Sequence record: OR352938.1
Source: Escherichia phage AV108
Direction: 5' to 3' (one strand)
Length of the DNA: 64,000 bases
The translations under genes were made by a program, and so were the position numbers. The notes beneath the pieces are model-generated. The model was not told the origin of the DNA. It worked only from the letters and a program-made list of their open reading frames with translations, and made no database searches. This document shows positions 37,509-47,879 of this stretch, in pieces; the first letter of the stretch is position 1, and each line of letters opens with the position of its first letter.

Positions 37509-37739
37509 TCACGTTCTAAAGTTTGTTGCAACCCCAGCATCAGGGTAATCAAGTTTATCAAAGTTGGGGACCAGCATAAACTCATGATGACGACAAGACA
37601 ACATTTTTGTTATGTCTTCATCGCTGTATATGCTGTTTTTCATATCCCCCATACTAACTACATATTCTTCACCGGAATATAGATTGATTAAGGTATACAA
37701 TTCTAACTCCGGCTGCGTTACTCTGTCAAATGTTAACAT
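37509..37739 (-). CDS. hypothetical protein
   Basis: 76-aa ORF. Confidence 0.35.
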   Translation of the reverse strand: MLTFDRVTQPELELYTLINLYSGEEYVVSMGDMKNSIYSDEDITKMLSCRHHEFMLVPNFDKLDYPDAGVATNFRT

Positions 37740-39423
37740 TCATTTCAGTGAATCGCCCACGTTTAACCATCTTGAGATGACGGCTAAAATCATCAGGGTT
37801 ATGGTCACGATGGCTGATAATATACACGTTATCATCTAACTTGTCAATGATGGAATCAAGTGCTTTTACGCCTTGAACGTCCGTAGCCCCATCATAAATT
37901 TCGTCGAGTACCAACAAAGAAATATTAGTACCAGATACTTTACCAGCAACATCACGCCATGTAAAGAGCATCGCAAGGTCAATACGTGCTTTTTCGCCTT
38001 GACTGAATGATGTATACGAAAACGATTCACGCCCCCGTGATTTGATTGTTTCGTTAAACTCTTCATCTAGCGTAAAGATATAATCCGCTTCCATGATATC
38101 TAGATAATACGCAATCCGATCATTGAAATATGGAATATATTTCTTGACGATAGACGCCTTAACACCGGAATCCTTCAACATTTCTGTTACAAATCCACGA
38201 TGATATTTTTCAAGAACTAGCTTTGATTTTTCATTAGTAATCTCTACCAGTTCGTGTTCCAGTTTAGCAAGTTCTTCGGAATTGTCAACCCTTTCTTTTT
38301 GTAATTCCTGAATTGCTTTCTGGATCTGTTTAGCCCGACCTACAGATGCCGTTAAATTCGCTCTCAGTGACTCTATAGCGCGTTTAATTTCCAAGACCTT
38401 AGTTTGTGCTGTCTGGAAAGAATTGGCTTTCTCTGCGTATTCTACGCGTTTCTCGTCAATCAGAGACAGTTTATGTTCTGCTTGTGCTTTTTGTTCGCGT
38501 ACAGCTTGATCATTACCCTGAATGATCGGTTGTGTGCACGTAGGACAGATCCCGCCTTTCTCGTGCATATGGATAACACGATCAAAGTTCTGGATCTGTG
38601 CACCAATCTGTGCGATAGCCGTATTAATTTTAGCCAATGTCGCGCTAGGATCTTCCGGCATAACAGCAGCCAATAGCTCATCGGTCAAGCGCGTTTCTTC
38701 GGCTTTAAACGCTTTAGCTGATTCTACTTCTTTCTCGTACATATTCTGCAAACGCTGTAGATTCTCGGCACTCGCCTTGCTAGCGTCTTCTATGTACTTT
38801 TTATGAGTGTTGATTTGTTGCTGAACGTGATTAGCTTTCATTTCCTGCATTTGGATATTCTGGGTAATCTCGCGCACATACGCTTTATTCAGTTTATCCA
38901 TTTCGCCTAGCGTAGCAATATCAAGCAAATCCTCGACCAGTTTACGGCGACCCGCTGCCGGAAGACTCATAAACGGAACATAACCAGCAGTGCCTAAAAC
39001 AACGATCTGTTTAAAGCTGGCTAGGTTCATGCCTATGATACCTTCAAAATATTCCTGAAAGTCTTTGGTGCTTGCGCTCTCGTCGATCTTTTGACCGTCG
39101 CGATGCACTTCGAATACTTCCGGTTTTTGACCACGTTTGATATAAAACTCTTTCCCGTCCAGTTCAAACCAGACTTCGACTAACAGTTTCTTTTTGTTGA
39201 CGCTGTTAATCAATTGGCCTTTCTTGATACTACGAAACGGTTTACCGAACAACACAAAGCAAAGCGCCTCAATCATGGTCGATTTACCAGCACCGTTAAC
39301 ACCAGTGATTAGTGTCTTTTTGAATCCGTCTAGCTGAATCTCTACAGGTTCAGCACCCACGCTCATTATATTTTGATAGCGCAAGGTTTTAAAATTTAAC
39401 TTTGCCATTAATCCACTCCGCAA
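37726..39423 (-). CDS. 46: recombination endonuclease subunit (SbcC/Rad50-like)
   Basis: 565 aa; Walker A GVNGAGKST; central coiled coil with CPTC zinc hook; ABC signature region. Confidence 0.9.
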   Translation of the reverse strand: MRSGLMAKLNFKTLRYQNIMSVGAEPVEIQLDGFKKTLITGVNGAGKSTMIEALCFVLFGKPFRSIKKGQLINSVNKKKLLVEVWFELDGKEFYIKRGQKPEVFEVHRDGQKIDESASTKDFQEYFEGIIGMNLASFKQIVVLGTAGYVPFMSLPAAGRRKLVEDLLDIATLGEMDKLNKAYVREITQNIQMQEMKANHVQQQINTHKKYIEDASKASAENLQRLQNMYEKEVESAKAFKAEETRLTDELLAAVMPEDPSATLAKINTAIAQIGAQIQNFDRVIHMHEKGGICPTCTQPIIQGNDQAVREQKAQAEHKLSLIDEKRVEYAEKANSFQTAQTKVLEIKRAIESLRANLTASVGRAKQIQKAIQELQKERVDNSEELAKLEHELVEITNEKSKLVLEKYHRGFVTEMLKDSGVKASIVKKYIPYFNDRIAYYLDIMEADYIFTLDEEFNETIKSRGRESFSYTSFSQGEKARIDLAMLFTWRDVAGKVSGTNISLLVLDEIYDGATDVQGVKALDSIIDKLDDNVYIISHRDHNPDDFSRHLKMVKRGRFTEMNVNI

Positions 39424-39652
39424 TCACACATTCCATAATATTAAATGCTAACACATCTTCATCAATGTTGTAAACACTTGCCGCCTTCACTTTAACTAAT
39501 GTGTCTCTGCGATCTGGCAGCATGATCACATAATCCAGTGTCGCCGGATCATATGTCATAAAGGGATCAATGTAAATCCCTTTATTCAATGCCAGATATT
39601 CGCGAAGACCTTCTATAACCCTGTGTCTAAGGTAGGTCATCGATAGAATCAT
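39389..39652 (-). CDS. hypothetical protein
   Basis: 87-aa ORF. Confidence 0.35.
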   Translation of the reverse strand: MILSMTYLRHRVIEGLREYLALNKGIYIDPFMTYDPATLDYVIMLPDRRDTLVKVKAASVYNIDEDVLAFNIMECVIAEWINGKVKF

Positions 39653-40239
39653 TTTAGTTTATGTTCCTCTAAAAATTCTTCAATTTCACCTTGCAGGTCT
39701 TCCGCTTGTTGTTCCAGAATATCGCGAAATTCACCTACAGTCAAGCGGTAATCACACTTCACCAGTCGATGCGGGAGAATATACCCTTTATACATTGTCT
39801 CTGACGCTTCCAGGAATACCCCACTATGCATGACAGAGATCCAACCTGTTAACGTCAATGGAGTATTCGGAAAATAATACTTGCTGGATTGTTTCCACTG
39901 GACGAAAGCACCATATACAATAGGATTATATTCACCAACCACACTCTTAATAATGGATTCTACTTTGTCTTTTACAAAGTCGCCAATGTCCATAGTTATC
40001 ATCAACTCTTTTGGATTAATGATTTTAAGGTAACGACGATAGTCATCATCATAATACAGCTTAACTACTGGTTCACCCCACATAGACGAAATATTCGCTT
40101 TCAGATATCCATAAATCGGATTCTTATCATAGGATTGTTTTAGCGTGTAGTTATGCAACAGCGTAATAAAATGTCGCATTACCAGTTTATCTGGATCAAC
40201 CGCGCCCATAGTCGTATTCATAATATGTTCCTTTCTCAA
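39649..40239 (-). CDS. hypothetical protein
   Basis: 196-aa ORF between genes 47 and 46. Confidence 0.45.
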   Translation of the reverse strand: MRKEHIMNTTMGAVDPDKLVMRHFITLLHNYTLKQSYDKNPIYGYLKANISSMWGEPVVKLYYDDDYRRYLKIINPKELMITMDIGDFVKDKVESIIKSVVGEYNPIVYGAFVQWKQSSKYYFPNTPLTLTGWISVMHSGVFLEASETMYKGYILPHRLVKCDYRLTVGEFRDILEQQAEDLQGEIEEFLEEHKLK

Positions 40240-40513
40240 TGGCTTCTTGTTTCAGGTCTTCTAACATTTCATCAATAGCTTGTTTCAGCATATGACGCAG
40301 AGTAAAGTAGTAGTGTTCATCAAATTCTATTTCCGCGCGAGGAATAGAGCGAAACTTACACTTAACGGTAGTATCAGTGAGTCGCTTTTCGACCATCATC
40401 CGAACTTCTTCATGCTCTTTGGAATACCATACATCAACGGTGATCCCCTTACGTCGAGCAAACATAGGCAATGCCGCATTAAATTCCATTACCTTTTGTG
40501 CAAGTGTTTTCAT
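40196..40513 (-). CDS. hypothetical protein
   Basis: 105-aa ORF. Confidence 0.4.
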   Translation of the reverse strand: MKTLAQKVMEFNAALPMFARRKGITVDVWYSKEHEEVRMMVEKRLTDTTVKCKFRSIPRAEIEFDEHYYFTLRHMLKQAIDEMLEDLKQEAIEKGTYYEYDYGRG

Positions 40514-40773
40514 CGTACAGACTCCGTAGATCCACGCGCAATAACATTCTGGGTAATATCAGCAACCTTACGGGATACGATGTTTGTAAGCCCCTCTTTG
40601 GTGATATTTTCACGATCAAATGGGATTTCGTCATGAGTCCACAAACCATAGTTAGATCGAAATGATAGCATATACTGACCATCTCGCACAACCTCAAATA
40701 CATGGATCTTAGTGAATTTCGATAAACCTTCGTTGATTTCTTTCAGTGCATTAGTAATCATAACAACCTCCAA
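40510..40773 (-). CDS. hypothetical protein
   Basis: 87-aa ORF. Confidence 0.4.
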   Translation of the reverse strand: MEVVMITNALKEINEGLSKFTKIHVFEVVRDGQYMLSFRSNYGLWTHDEIPFDRENITKEGLTNIVSRKVADITQNVIARGSTESVR

Positions 40774-40785
40774 TCAATTTTAGAT

Positions 40786-40814
40786 AGTATAACGGGGATT
40801 TCTCCCCGCGTCAA
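40786..40814 (-). promoter_or_regulatory. sigma70-type promoter with hairpin filling the spacer
   Basis: TTGACG-(cggggagaaatccccgt, 17 nt)-TATACT; overlaps the 3' end of gene 47. Confidence 0.5.
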
Positions 40815-41840
40815 CTAACTTTTTGCGCTATTTACTTCGGCTAAAAGTTCATCAGAAATACGCTTGACCGCCGCAAGTTCTTCCGGTTCTAGGTTTTGTT
40901 CTTCCAGATATTCATAGACCATCTGAATAGTGCTTTTAACTTCAATAACACCTGTTTCCTGTGATGCGCTACTCTCCAGCTTATGGACCACTTTTAGCTT
41001 GTGCACAACGGCCTCTAACGCGCTTTCTAACTTAGTTAACCCATTATCAGCAACCGTTGCGATAAGACGCACACTAAGCCCCTTAAAGCGTTCTACATCG
41101 ATCTTATCATCTGACGGGTAAGTGATACGCACATGATAAGTTTTGTCATTCTGGATAAACTCTTTTTTGTGTGTATCGGTATCGAATACCCAAAACCCAC
41201 GCGGATCGTTTTCGTCACCCGCCGTTAGTGTGTATGGTGTACCAATATACGTTACGTTACCGCCATCGCTGATAGTATGAAAATGACCAGAAAACACTTC
41301 ACGGTATTTCTTGAGAAAGTCCGCGCTATAACCTTCGGATTTTAGCCCTTTATAGAAATAGTAACCGGACAATTCCCAATGGCCTACACAATATTCGCTG
41401 AATGAGTTTTGAATAAACTCTAAAATCTCTGATTTATTGTCATCGCAAAACCACGGAAACAGATCAAATGATACACCATCAAAGGTAACTGTTTCCGGCT
41501 TATCAATAACTTTAATACAATCATATTGGCTTAACACTTCACGCGGTGCGTTAGGCTGGATCTTGTTTCGTTTAAACATATCATGGTTCCCGACCGTGAT
41601 ATAACAAGTAATACCAGCCTCTTCCAGTAGCGGGATGACCTTAGTACGGTTAAATTTCATGGTTTCATGGGTAATTGCTTTTCGGCAATCAAACCAATCC
41701 CCTGTTTGAATCCATGTCTTAATATTATGCTCTTTGGAGTATTCAACCGCCTTCTTGATGGTATCAAGAATATACTCATGCACCCACGGATCATCGCCAC
41801 CGATACCAGTATGCAGATCACCTAAAAGCAAAATTTTCAT
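40815..41840 (-). CDS. 47: recombination endonuclease subunit (SbcD/Mre11-like)
   Basis: Phosphoesterase motifs GDLH, GDWFD, GNHD, GHFH. Confidence 0.9.
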   Translation of the reverse strand: MKILLLGDLHTGIGGDDPWVHEYILDTIKKAVEYSKEHNIKTWIQTGDWFDCRKAITHETMKFNRTKVIPLLEEAGITCYITVGNHDMFKRNKIQPNAPREVLSQYDCIKVIDKPETVTFDGVSFDLFPWFCDDNKSEILEFIQNSFSEYCVGHWELSGYYFYKGLKSEGYSADFLKKYREVFSGHFHTISDGGNVTYIGTPYTLTAGDENDPRGFWVFDTDTHKKEFIQNDKTYHVRITYPSDDKIDVERFKGLSVRLIATVADNGLTKLESALEAVVHKLKVVHKLESSASQETGVIEVKSTIQMVYEYLEEQNLEPEELAAVKRISDELLAEVNSAKS

Positions 41841-41892
41841 AGTCTCTTCCTCTCTTCGTTTTCGATGCTCTCACTATATCACAGAAAAATAA

Positions 41893-41908
41893 AAAGGGAA
41901 ACCCCTTT
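41893..41908 (-). terminator. weak hairpin with T-run
   Basis: aaaggg-aaac-cccttt followed by T-run on the leftward strand. Confidence 0.25.
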
Positions 41909-41930
41909 CAGAGTCTCCCTTATAAAGCCA

Positions 41931-42218
41931 TTACAGCATACTTAATACCGTTTGCCGTGTACTAATCCACATAGCAGAAAGCAGTTCTGGCGTGTGTGGC
42001 TGTTTGTAGATATCACGTAATTTTCCGATAGCGTAGATATACGCATCACGATTATCATCGATGATAGCTTGTTCAGCCCACCGCTTAAGTCGTGCAATCT
42101 CTCGCGAGTTCTTACGCAAGATCTTTTCCGCTTTCTTAGCGGCTTTAGCCTCTAGTTCTGCTTGTACTTTGTCTACTTCATTCACTGCAATCTTGTCATG
42201 CTGTTCATCGTAAGTCAT
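41931..42218 (-). CDS. hypothetical protein
   Basis: 95-aa ORF, basic helical. Confidence 0.4.
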   Translation of the reverse strand: MTYDEQHDKIAVNEVDKVQAELEAKAAKKAEKILRKNSREIARLKRWAEQAIIDDNRDAYIYAIGKLRDIYKQPHTPELLSAMWISTRQTVLSML

Positions 42219-42219
42219 G

Positions 42220-42453
42220 TTATTTTACCTCTGGGATATAATCAATTATTAAAGAAAATTCATCTTCTGATACATTATAGCTATGTGAGATTGTACCCGT
42301 CAAGACCTCAAGATCCGGTGATTTGATATTGCACGGATCGATAATCACCGGAACGCCGCAATCTCTCAAAAATAATTTGGCGAAATACGGCACGAGGTCA
42401 GTTTCAAACTCTGCTTCTTCCAGCAAACGGGAAATGTTAATTTTCAATCTCAT
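42220..42453 (-). CDS. hypothetical protein
   Basis: 77-aa ORF. Confidence 0.4.
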   Translation of the reverse strand: MRLKINISRLLEEAEFETDLVPYFAKLFLRDCGVPVIIDPCNIKSPDLEVLTGTISHSYNVSEDEFSLIIDYIPEVK

Positions 42454-42970
42454 AAAATTGGTCCAGGCTAGGCAATTCCTCGGTCAATACATCTTCAACC
42501 TTTGGCGCTTTCGGTTTATTGACCGATTCCTCGTAGTTGTTGATTTTATCGTAAATGTCCTGTATGAATGCCTCATCAGCAATCTGGCACATATCAGCGT
42601 CGCGTTCGTCATATACATGATGCACAAAATATTTGTATTTTGCGGCTGTCGCTGTTCTCTCTTTTTTAATGCGCTGTACAAAAGCATTAAAGCACGCTTG
42701 CGTGATGTAAGCATGAGGATTTTTATACTTTGTCTCGTCAAAATTAATCAAACCCTTGACCGCCGCTTCGATTCCGTCGTCGATCATTTCTTCGCGCCAT
42801 GTTTGACTATAACCAGAAAAGTTAAAACGACGTGATAGATTTTTAGAGATTTGCATAATTGCTAGGCCGATTTGATCGCTCATTGGAACTTGCCGACCTT
42901 CTGCTGCAATTTGTTGTTTCCAACGGCAAATTTCTTCGTAAAGCTCTTTATTGTTTACATAATCAGACAC
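42437..42970 (-). CDS. 55: late sigma factor
   Basis: Strong match to T4 gp55 ([56 protein letters not shown]). Confidence 0.9.
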   Translation of the reverse strand: MSDYVNNKELYEEICRWKQQIAAEGRQVPMSDQIGLAIMQISKNLSRRFNFSGYSQTWREEMIDDGIEAAVKGLINFDETKYKNPHAYITQACFNAFVQRIKKERTATAAKYKYFVHHVYDERDADMCQIADEAFIQDIYDKINNYEESVNKPKAPKVEDVLTEELPSLDQFYEIEN

Positions 42971-43010
42971 TTCGCACCCTCGCTATTATTTAGGAAATAA
43001 CCCGTTCGGG

Positions 43011-44480
43011 CTATTCCCCATTACCATTATACTTTCTTTGCTTAGTTATCCACACTCTAACCATCTCTACAGATTCGCCGTCAGACGGATCAAGAGTTTT
43101 TCCTTTTTTCTTCATGCGGTACTTAAATCCGTTAAATCTTGCATTCTCTTGCTCGTTAAAGTCGAACATCTTTTTAAATGATTTTCGCCCTTTACGCTCA
43201 CCGCATTCTAGCGGAATCATTCGGTCTGTTATTACATTGGCATTAGGCAGAAACGTTTTTAGATAATCAACCAACGCCCAATCAGGAACATATAGATTAA
43301 CATTCTCCTTGCTCTCGTTGTCTCTCAGGTTACAACGCAAACATAATTGAAATGCTGGTTCCAGATAATCAGACACATGACGCGCTTTCAAAAACTCGTT
43401 TGTCGGGAGATCGCAACTATTAGCAAGACCTTTTAAAATATCAATCTCCCATCGTTGAGGGTTAAAGCTGAACATCACAGCAACATTTTTATGATGAATG
43501 TAAGAGTTAAGACCATAAGATCCGTAAGGTATCCGCTCACCAATACCATTTGTGCACGCTTCACGGTCCCGATTCACGGTATAAATGAAGTCATCACCAC
43601 ATTCATTTTTAACCATATCAACAAGACGTTCAAAGGTATTGTTTGTTTCTGACTGGTGACGCGACCATCGTTCGGAGTCCGTCATAAGGATGATATTAAC
43701 TCTATCTGTATTTTTATACTCTTTGAAATATAGTCTGGATTCTAGCGCACTAGGAACAAAATCGCAATTTGCATAGTATCGTAGATACTTCCCACTATAT
43801 GTATCAAAGAGATTTGCACATGCTATCGTAACCTTTTTAAAGTCTCCCCACGTACCGTGTTTGTTATCGTTCAAGAAAACAATTTTCGACCCATTCTTCC
43901 GGTGTCCTTCGTTATGTTTTACCATAACGTTGATTTTCTTCTCTAATAACGCCTCATAAAGCCCTCTAAGAGAAGAATCGATCATATCAGTACCATCCTT
44001 TGCACTTTCTATCTTTTCTTTGATAGCGGCCTTCTCAGAGTCTTTTAGAACTAAGTTCTGTAGGCATTCCGATTCGTCGGCGATTGGTTCGCAATGCTTC
44101 GTGATAAGTTCAAGATTAGACTTAAACGGATACTCATTAAATTCAACCAGTTGAGGAACTTCATCAATGTAAAGAGCATATTCACCAAACATTTTTGAAC
44201 GTTCCATATTAGATAACGCTGTATGTGTAATGAATATCACATCAGCACCATCTTTAACTGATTGCATTATAGACGCTTGCACTGTCTTAAGGCTTCTTAG
44301 TCTTGTGCTATCAATCAAGACAGCACGACCGCCCATTCTTTTAAACTTATTGTAAGATTGTTCACTTAAAACACGAGATGGCGAAGCAATAACCGCTTTT
44401 TCTTTTGTCTCTAGGACGTGGGAAAGTATAGCATCAGTTTTCCCCGCCGCTGGCAATGCGATTAATGTTTCAATCTTCAT
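43011..44480 (-). CDS. P-loop NTPase of unknown function
   Basis: 489 aa; Walker A ALPAAGKT at residues 8-15, Walker B-like ALYIDEV near residue 105; no further assignment possible by eye. Confidence 0.55.
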   Translation of the reverse strand: MKIETLIALPAAGKTDAILSHVLETKEKAVIASPSRVLSEQSYNKFKRMGGRAVLIDSTRLRSLKTVQASIMQSVKDGADVIFITHTALSNMERSKMFGEYALYIDEVPQLVEFNEYPFKSNLELITKHCEPIADESECLQNLVLKDSEKAAIKEKIESAKDGTDMIDSSLRGLYEALLEKKINVMVKHNEGHRKNGSKIVFLNDNKHGTWGDFKKVTIACANLFDTYSGKYLRYYANCDFVPSALESRLYFKEYKNTDRVNIILMTDSERWSRHQSETNNTFERLVDMVKNECGDDFIYTVNRDREACTNGIGERIPYGSYGLNSYIHHKNVAVMFSFNPQRWEIDILKGLANSCDLPTNEFLKARHVSDYLEPAFQLCLRCNLRDNESKENVNLYVPDWALVDYLKTFLPNANVITDRMIPLECGERKGRKSFKKMFDFNEQENARFNGFKYRMKKKGKTLDPSDGESVEMVRVWITKQRKYNGNGE

Positions 44481-44785
44481 TAGAAACCCTTACGTCGTGC
44501 TTTCTGGCATTTCTTGATCATTTTATCAGAAATTTCGCGCTTAGGTGCAATCTCTTTCACACCGAAAGCACTAATGCCAAATTCAGAGAGAATATATTCA
44601 ACCAACAATTCACGCACACGCGCTTTACCGATATTCACGCCGTTATTTTTCAGATATGTCTGACCTTCGACTTGCATCAGATCTAAGTCTGCGTCGGTAA
44701 TATTGATTTCTTCCATGCGCCCAAATCGAGAATAAACCATGTGTGCGATTGCATTGTGTACTAACATAATATATTCCTCACTCAA
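44480..44785 (-). CDS. hypothetical protein, translationally coupled to the NTPase
   Basis: 101-aa ORF whose stop overlaps the NTPase ATG (ATGA). Confidence 0.45.
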   Translation of the reverse strand: MSEEYIMLVHNAIAHMVYSRFGRMEEINITDADLDLMQVEGQTYLKNNGVNIGKARVRELLVEYILSEFGISAFGVKEIAPKREISDKMIKKCQKARRKGF

Positions 44786-44788
44786 GAA

Positions 44789-44947
44789 TTACTTAATGAT
44801 ACTTACTTTACCAGATCCGTGACAATGAGCGCAACACCCATCACCACGCAATCCTGTTCCGTTACAGTGTTTACACTTCTTCAAAGGTAAAGCCATTATA
44901 GCAAATAAAGCAATAATGAATACCGAAACTAAATTCTCAATAATCAT
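44789..44947 (-). CDS. small membrane-anchored protein with DnaJ-type zinc finger (not in ORF track)
   Basis: 52 aa: N-terminal TM helix then CKHCNGTG...CAHCHGSG (two CxxCxGxG repeats). Confidence 0.35.
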   Translation of the reverse strand: MIIENLVSVFIIALFAIMALPLKKCKHCNGTGLRGDGCCAHCHGSGKVSIIK

Positions 44948-45206
44948 AAATCGCCCTCAGTTCTTTATAGCCTCCAATGTGCTCGTTGTCAATGAATATC
45001 TGGGGGTATACAAACCGGAGGCTCTTTGAGTTCAGCCTCCCCGCCAGTTCTTCAATCATATCACGGTCGGGAATAATGTCAACCCCGACCTGCTTGAATA
45101 CTGGTTTAAGTGTATACGGAATACCCAGATCATCCAGTAGCTTCATTGCACTAATACAACCATAACAATGATAAGCCTCTTTCGGTATGCCGTATATCTC
45201 GATCAT
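44937..45206 (-). CDS. glutaredoxin-like protein (NrdH/NrdC family)
   Basis: CYGC active site; YPQIFIDNEHIGGY glutaredoxin signature. Confidence 0.7.
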   Translation of the reverse strand: MIEIYGIPKEAYHCYGCISAMKLLDDLGIPYTLKPVFKQVGVDIIPDRDMIEELAGRLNSKSLRFVYPQIFIDNEHIGGYKELRAIYDY

Positions 45207-45703
45207 TTCTCAGCCTTTAATCTTTCTAGTTCTTCTTCCAGTTCCTTGATCCGTTGGTCACGTTCAAAGTCACGCTGCAACTTAGTGGCAAATACTCGTT
45301 TAAACTGTTTGTAATCATCGATTTTAAACACTTCTTCTTCGCCATAGCGACGCACAGAAACTTCGTAGTTATTGAAGAATTGTTGCATCATTGCTTCGGA
45401 TGATAGTTCTGCTGATACCACTTTAAAATATTGATCTTCGGTCGGTGAAAACCAATTACAAGCATAAAGATAAACCTTTTCATTGTCTGGACACTGGTAA
45501 GCCTTACCATCGATTTCAATCACAGAAACATATTCAGGTATAGTCGATGAATCAATAGCTAAGACTTTAAACTGACGGTCCCCGATAAACTCGGAGATCA
45601 CACGATTCGCATCACTGGTTGCAAAGGCTTTACGCGCTTGTTCGCTTTTCCACTGATAGGTCATACCAACAACAAACATATTACCAACCTCGCTCTTTAC
45701 CAA
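45203..45703 (-). CDS. paralogous-family protein A
   Basis: Shares TYxWK...PFxV...IEIDG...WF...FFxEV core and charged C-terminal helix with family members. Confidence 0.5.
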   Translation of the reverse strand: MVKSEVGNMFVVGMTYQWKSEQARKAFATSDANRVISEFIGDRQFKVLAIDSSTIPEYVSVIEIDGKAYQCPDNEKVYLYACNWFSPTEDQYFKVVSAELSSEAMMQQFFNNYEVSVRRYGEEEVFKIDDYKQFKRVFATKLQRDFERDQRIKELEEELERLKAEK

Positions 45704-46214
45704 TCAAAAATTCAACTTCACGACGTTTAATATCTTCTTGAAGGTCTTTAATCTTCTGTCGATCTTGCATGATTTCATCCATCTTGTCAAGTGCTGCAAT
45801 GAAATCATCGAAACGTTCAAAGGTTTTACCTTCATTTGCTTCGCTAAATTTAACCATAGTCAGACCGTAACGACTACTAAACAGACGTTTCAACTGTCCA
45901 ACGATCTTAGAATCAGTGGTTATAACTTCCAATTCTTCTACTTCTTGAAAGAATTTTCTATCAGAATCAATAAACCAGCTAGTTCCTTTATGGTTGCTAT
46001 CTTCGGTTGCACTCATTAGAGTATGGTCTTTACCATCAATTTCAATTACATCAATTTGCCCACATGGACTAACCTTTTTAACAGTAAAAGGTCTATAATT
46101 TATTGCTCGTGCAATAACATAATTAAGGTTAGATACGTTTTCAGCATAATGGCAGAAGTCGGTCATAGCATTCGCATCTTTCCAGGTGTAAGTTTTACCA
46201 ATTTCCCATTTCAT
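45681..46214 (-). CDS. paralogous-family protein B
   Basis: MKWEIGKTYTWK...PFTVKKVSPCGQIDVIEIDGKDH; tandem family member. Confidence 0.5.
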   Translation of the reverse strand: MKWEIGKTYTWKDANAMTDFCHYAENVSNLNYVIARAINYRPFTVKKVSPCGQIDVIEIDGKDHTLMSATEDSNHKGTSWFIDSDRKFFQEVEELEVITTDSKIVGQLKRLFSSRYGLTMVKFSEANEGKTFERFDDFIAALDKMDEIMQDRQKIKDLQEDIKRREVEFLIGKERGW

Positions 46215-46226
46215 AATATATTCCCC

Positions 46227-46706
46227 TTAACCGATTTTATCAAGTTCGTTTAATGCTTTCTCTGCTTCCTGTATAGCTTGCACCCTTTCCGGCATTTTGT
46301 CAAGAAAATCTTTCAACTCTTCAAAACTGGAGATATGACGCAAGGCGTTAGCACCGATAGCCGCATGTGATTTGCATTCAAAGCGGATTTTATAATTATC
46401 CATCGCCAACTTGAGAAGATCAATTAATTTAGATTCTTCTGGAATAATAATTTCTTCAAATCTGCTACGGTCATGATCCAGAAACCAACAAGATAGACCT
46501 ACATCGGTTGAACTCATATAAGTTCCATCATGAAGATAAACAGACCGCACGTATCCTTTTTTCGCATCAACCGACGCAACTTTAAACGGTAATCGCAGAT
46601 ATTTCAAATAATCAACATCATACCATTTAAAAAATTGGTTTGCATCTTTTACATCTTTCCACGCATAGGTCTTACCAGCTTCCCATTTCATAATATCATC
46701 TCTCAT
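46227..46706 (-). CDS. paralogous-family protein C
   Basis: MKWEAGKTYAWK...PFKVASVD; tandem family member. Confidence 0.5.
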   Translation of the reverse strand: MRDDIMKWEAGKTYAWKDVKDANQFFKWYDVDYLKYLRLPFKVASVDAKKGYVRSVYLHDGTYMSSTDVGLSCWFLDHDRSRFEEIIIPEESKLIDLLKLAMDNYKIRFECKSHAAIGANALRHISSFEELKDFLDKMPERVQAIQEAEKALNELDKIG

Positions 46707-47232
46707 TTTTGATACGTGATTCTAATTGGATCATACGGTCGCGCGTTTGTTTGTATTCTCGGATAGCACCGATCCGGCTAGGCATACCATCCAGTACGCT
46801 CTTAATACCTTCTAGGGTAGTAATTTTGGCAATGCTATTATGTAACCCCATCTTATCGATCAACTGAATGTCGTAGGCTTCCATAAGCAGACCCAAGCGT
46901 TCTAAAGTTAGGTCTTCTTCTTTTTCTTCCGAATCTGGAATCTTAGGTTCAATAGTAACTTCGGTAAAGAAACGACGCTCACCCGACCAAAACCACACGC
47001 CGGAACAACCAATAGGGGATTCTTTTAACGTCATAGAGTCGAAATTACTACCAATAATAGTAATTTCTCTAACATCACCATCATCGTCAAGGTCTTCTAC
47101 CCTAAACGGGCGACCAGCCAACAGGTCAACAATACATCTGTTAATAGACGACGAAAATTTAGTCAGTTCGGCTTTCGACGCTTCACATTCAATCTTGTAA
47201 GTTTTACCAACTTCCCATTCCATAATAATCAC
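46696..47232 (-). CDS. paralogous-family protein D
   Basis: MEWEVGKTYKIE...PFRVEDLDDDGDVREITIIG; tandem family member. Confidence 0.5.
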   Translation of the reverse strand: MIIMEWEVGKTYKIECEASKAELTKFSSSINRCIVDLLAGRPFRVEDLDDDGDVREITIIGSNFDSMTLKESPIGCSGVWFWSGERRFFTEVTIEPKIPDSEEKEEDLTLERLGLLMEAYDIQLIDKMGLHNSIAKITTLEGIKSVLDGMPSRIGAIREYKQTRDRMIQLESRIKNER

Positions 47233-47233
47233 C

Positions 47234-47743
47234 TCAAATAATTTTCACTGGAATACTATTAACAATCTTGTATTGTACTTGATTGTCAGACCCCCGCCAC
47301 GGCTTCTTCGTTGGCATATCTTTAATATAACGCCCATCGATGAACATGTCAACTGATTCTACAATTTTTCTTTGCTCATCATTCAATTGGTCAAGGGTAT
47401 AACCAGACCATAGCCAAATATCTTTATTTGGCATCCATGATTTTACTTCATCGATGATCCGCTGTACACCCTTTAAATTGCGTTTATACAGTGGATCACC
47501 ACCTAAGAATGTTAGCCCCTGAATAAAATCAGGTCTAAGCAGATCCAGAATCAATCCCATTGTATCATCGGTGAATGGTTCCCCGTTCTTAGGATTGAGT
47601 ATACTGGAATTAAAGCAACCATCACATGCGTGTGAACATCCGGTAACGTAAAGGGAGACTCTCACTCCCTCACCGTTAACCATATCACAATCTTTAATAT
47701 CGGCATAGCGTAGTTTGCCGTATGTATCAGAACTCATATTCAA
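47234..47743 (-). CDS. nrdG: anaerobic ribonucleotide reductase activating protein (radical SAM)
   Basis: CxxxCxxC-type cluster GCSHACDGC near the N-terminus; size and position as T4 NrdG. Confidence 0.9.
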   Translation of the reverse strand: MNMSSDTYGKLRYADIKDCDMVNGEGVRVSLYVTGCSHACDGCFNSSILNPKNGEPFTDDTMGLILDLLRPDFIQGLTFLGGDPLYKRNLKGVQRIIDEVKSWMPNKDIWLWSGYTLDQLNDEQRKIVESVDMFIDGRYIKDMPTKKPWRGSDNQVQYKIVNSIPVKII

Positions 47744-47879
47744 TTACCCCGAACTCGTTTACAATCTGCGCTTTATAGTAACCACCGCGAGATGCTAATA
47801 GATAAGCTGGGCTTAGGTATTCGTATTCACGGATTTCTACTTGTGCGTTTTCAGTTTCCCAAATCAGTAAAGTCCACAT
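47727..47879 (-). CDS. hypothetical small protein
   Basis: About 50 aa from MWTLLIWETENAQ with AGGAG RBS; track ORF starts inside the promoter. Confidence 0.3.
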   Translation of the reverse strand: MWTLLIWETENAQVEIREYEYLSPAYLLASRGGYYKAQIVNEFGVIEYEF

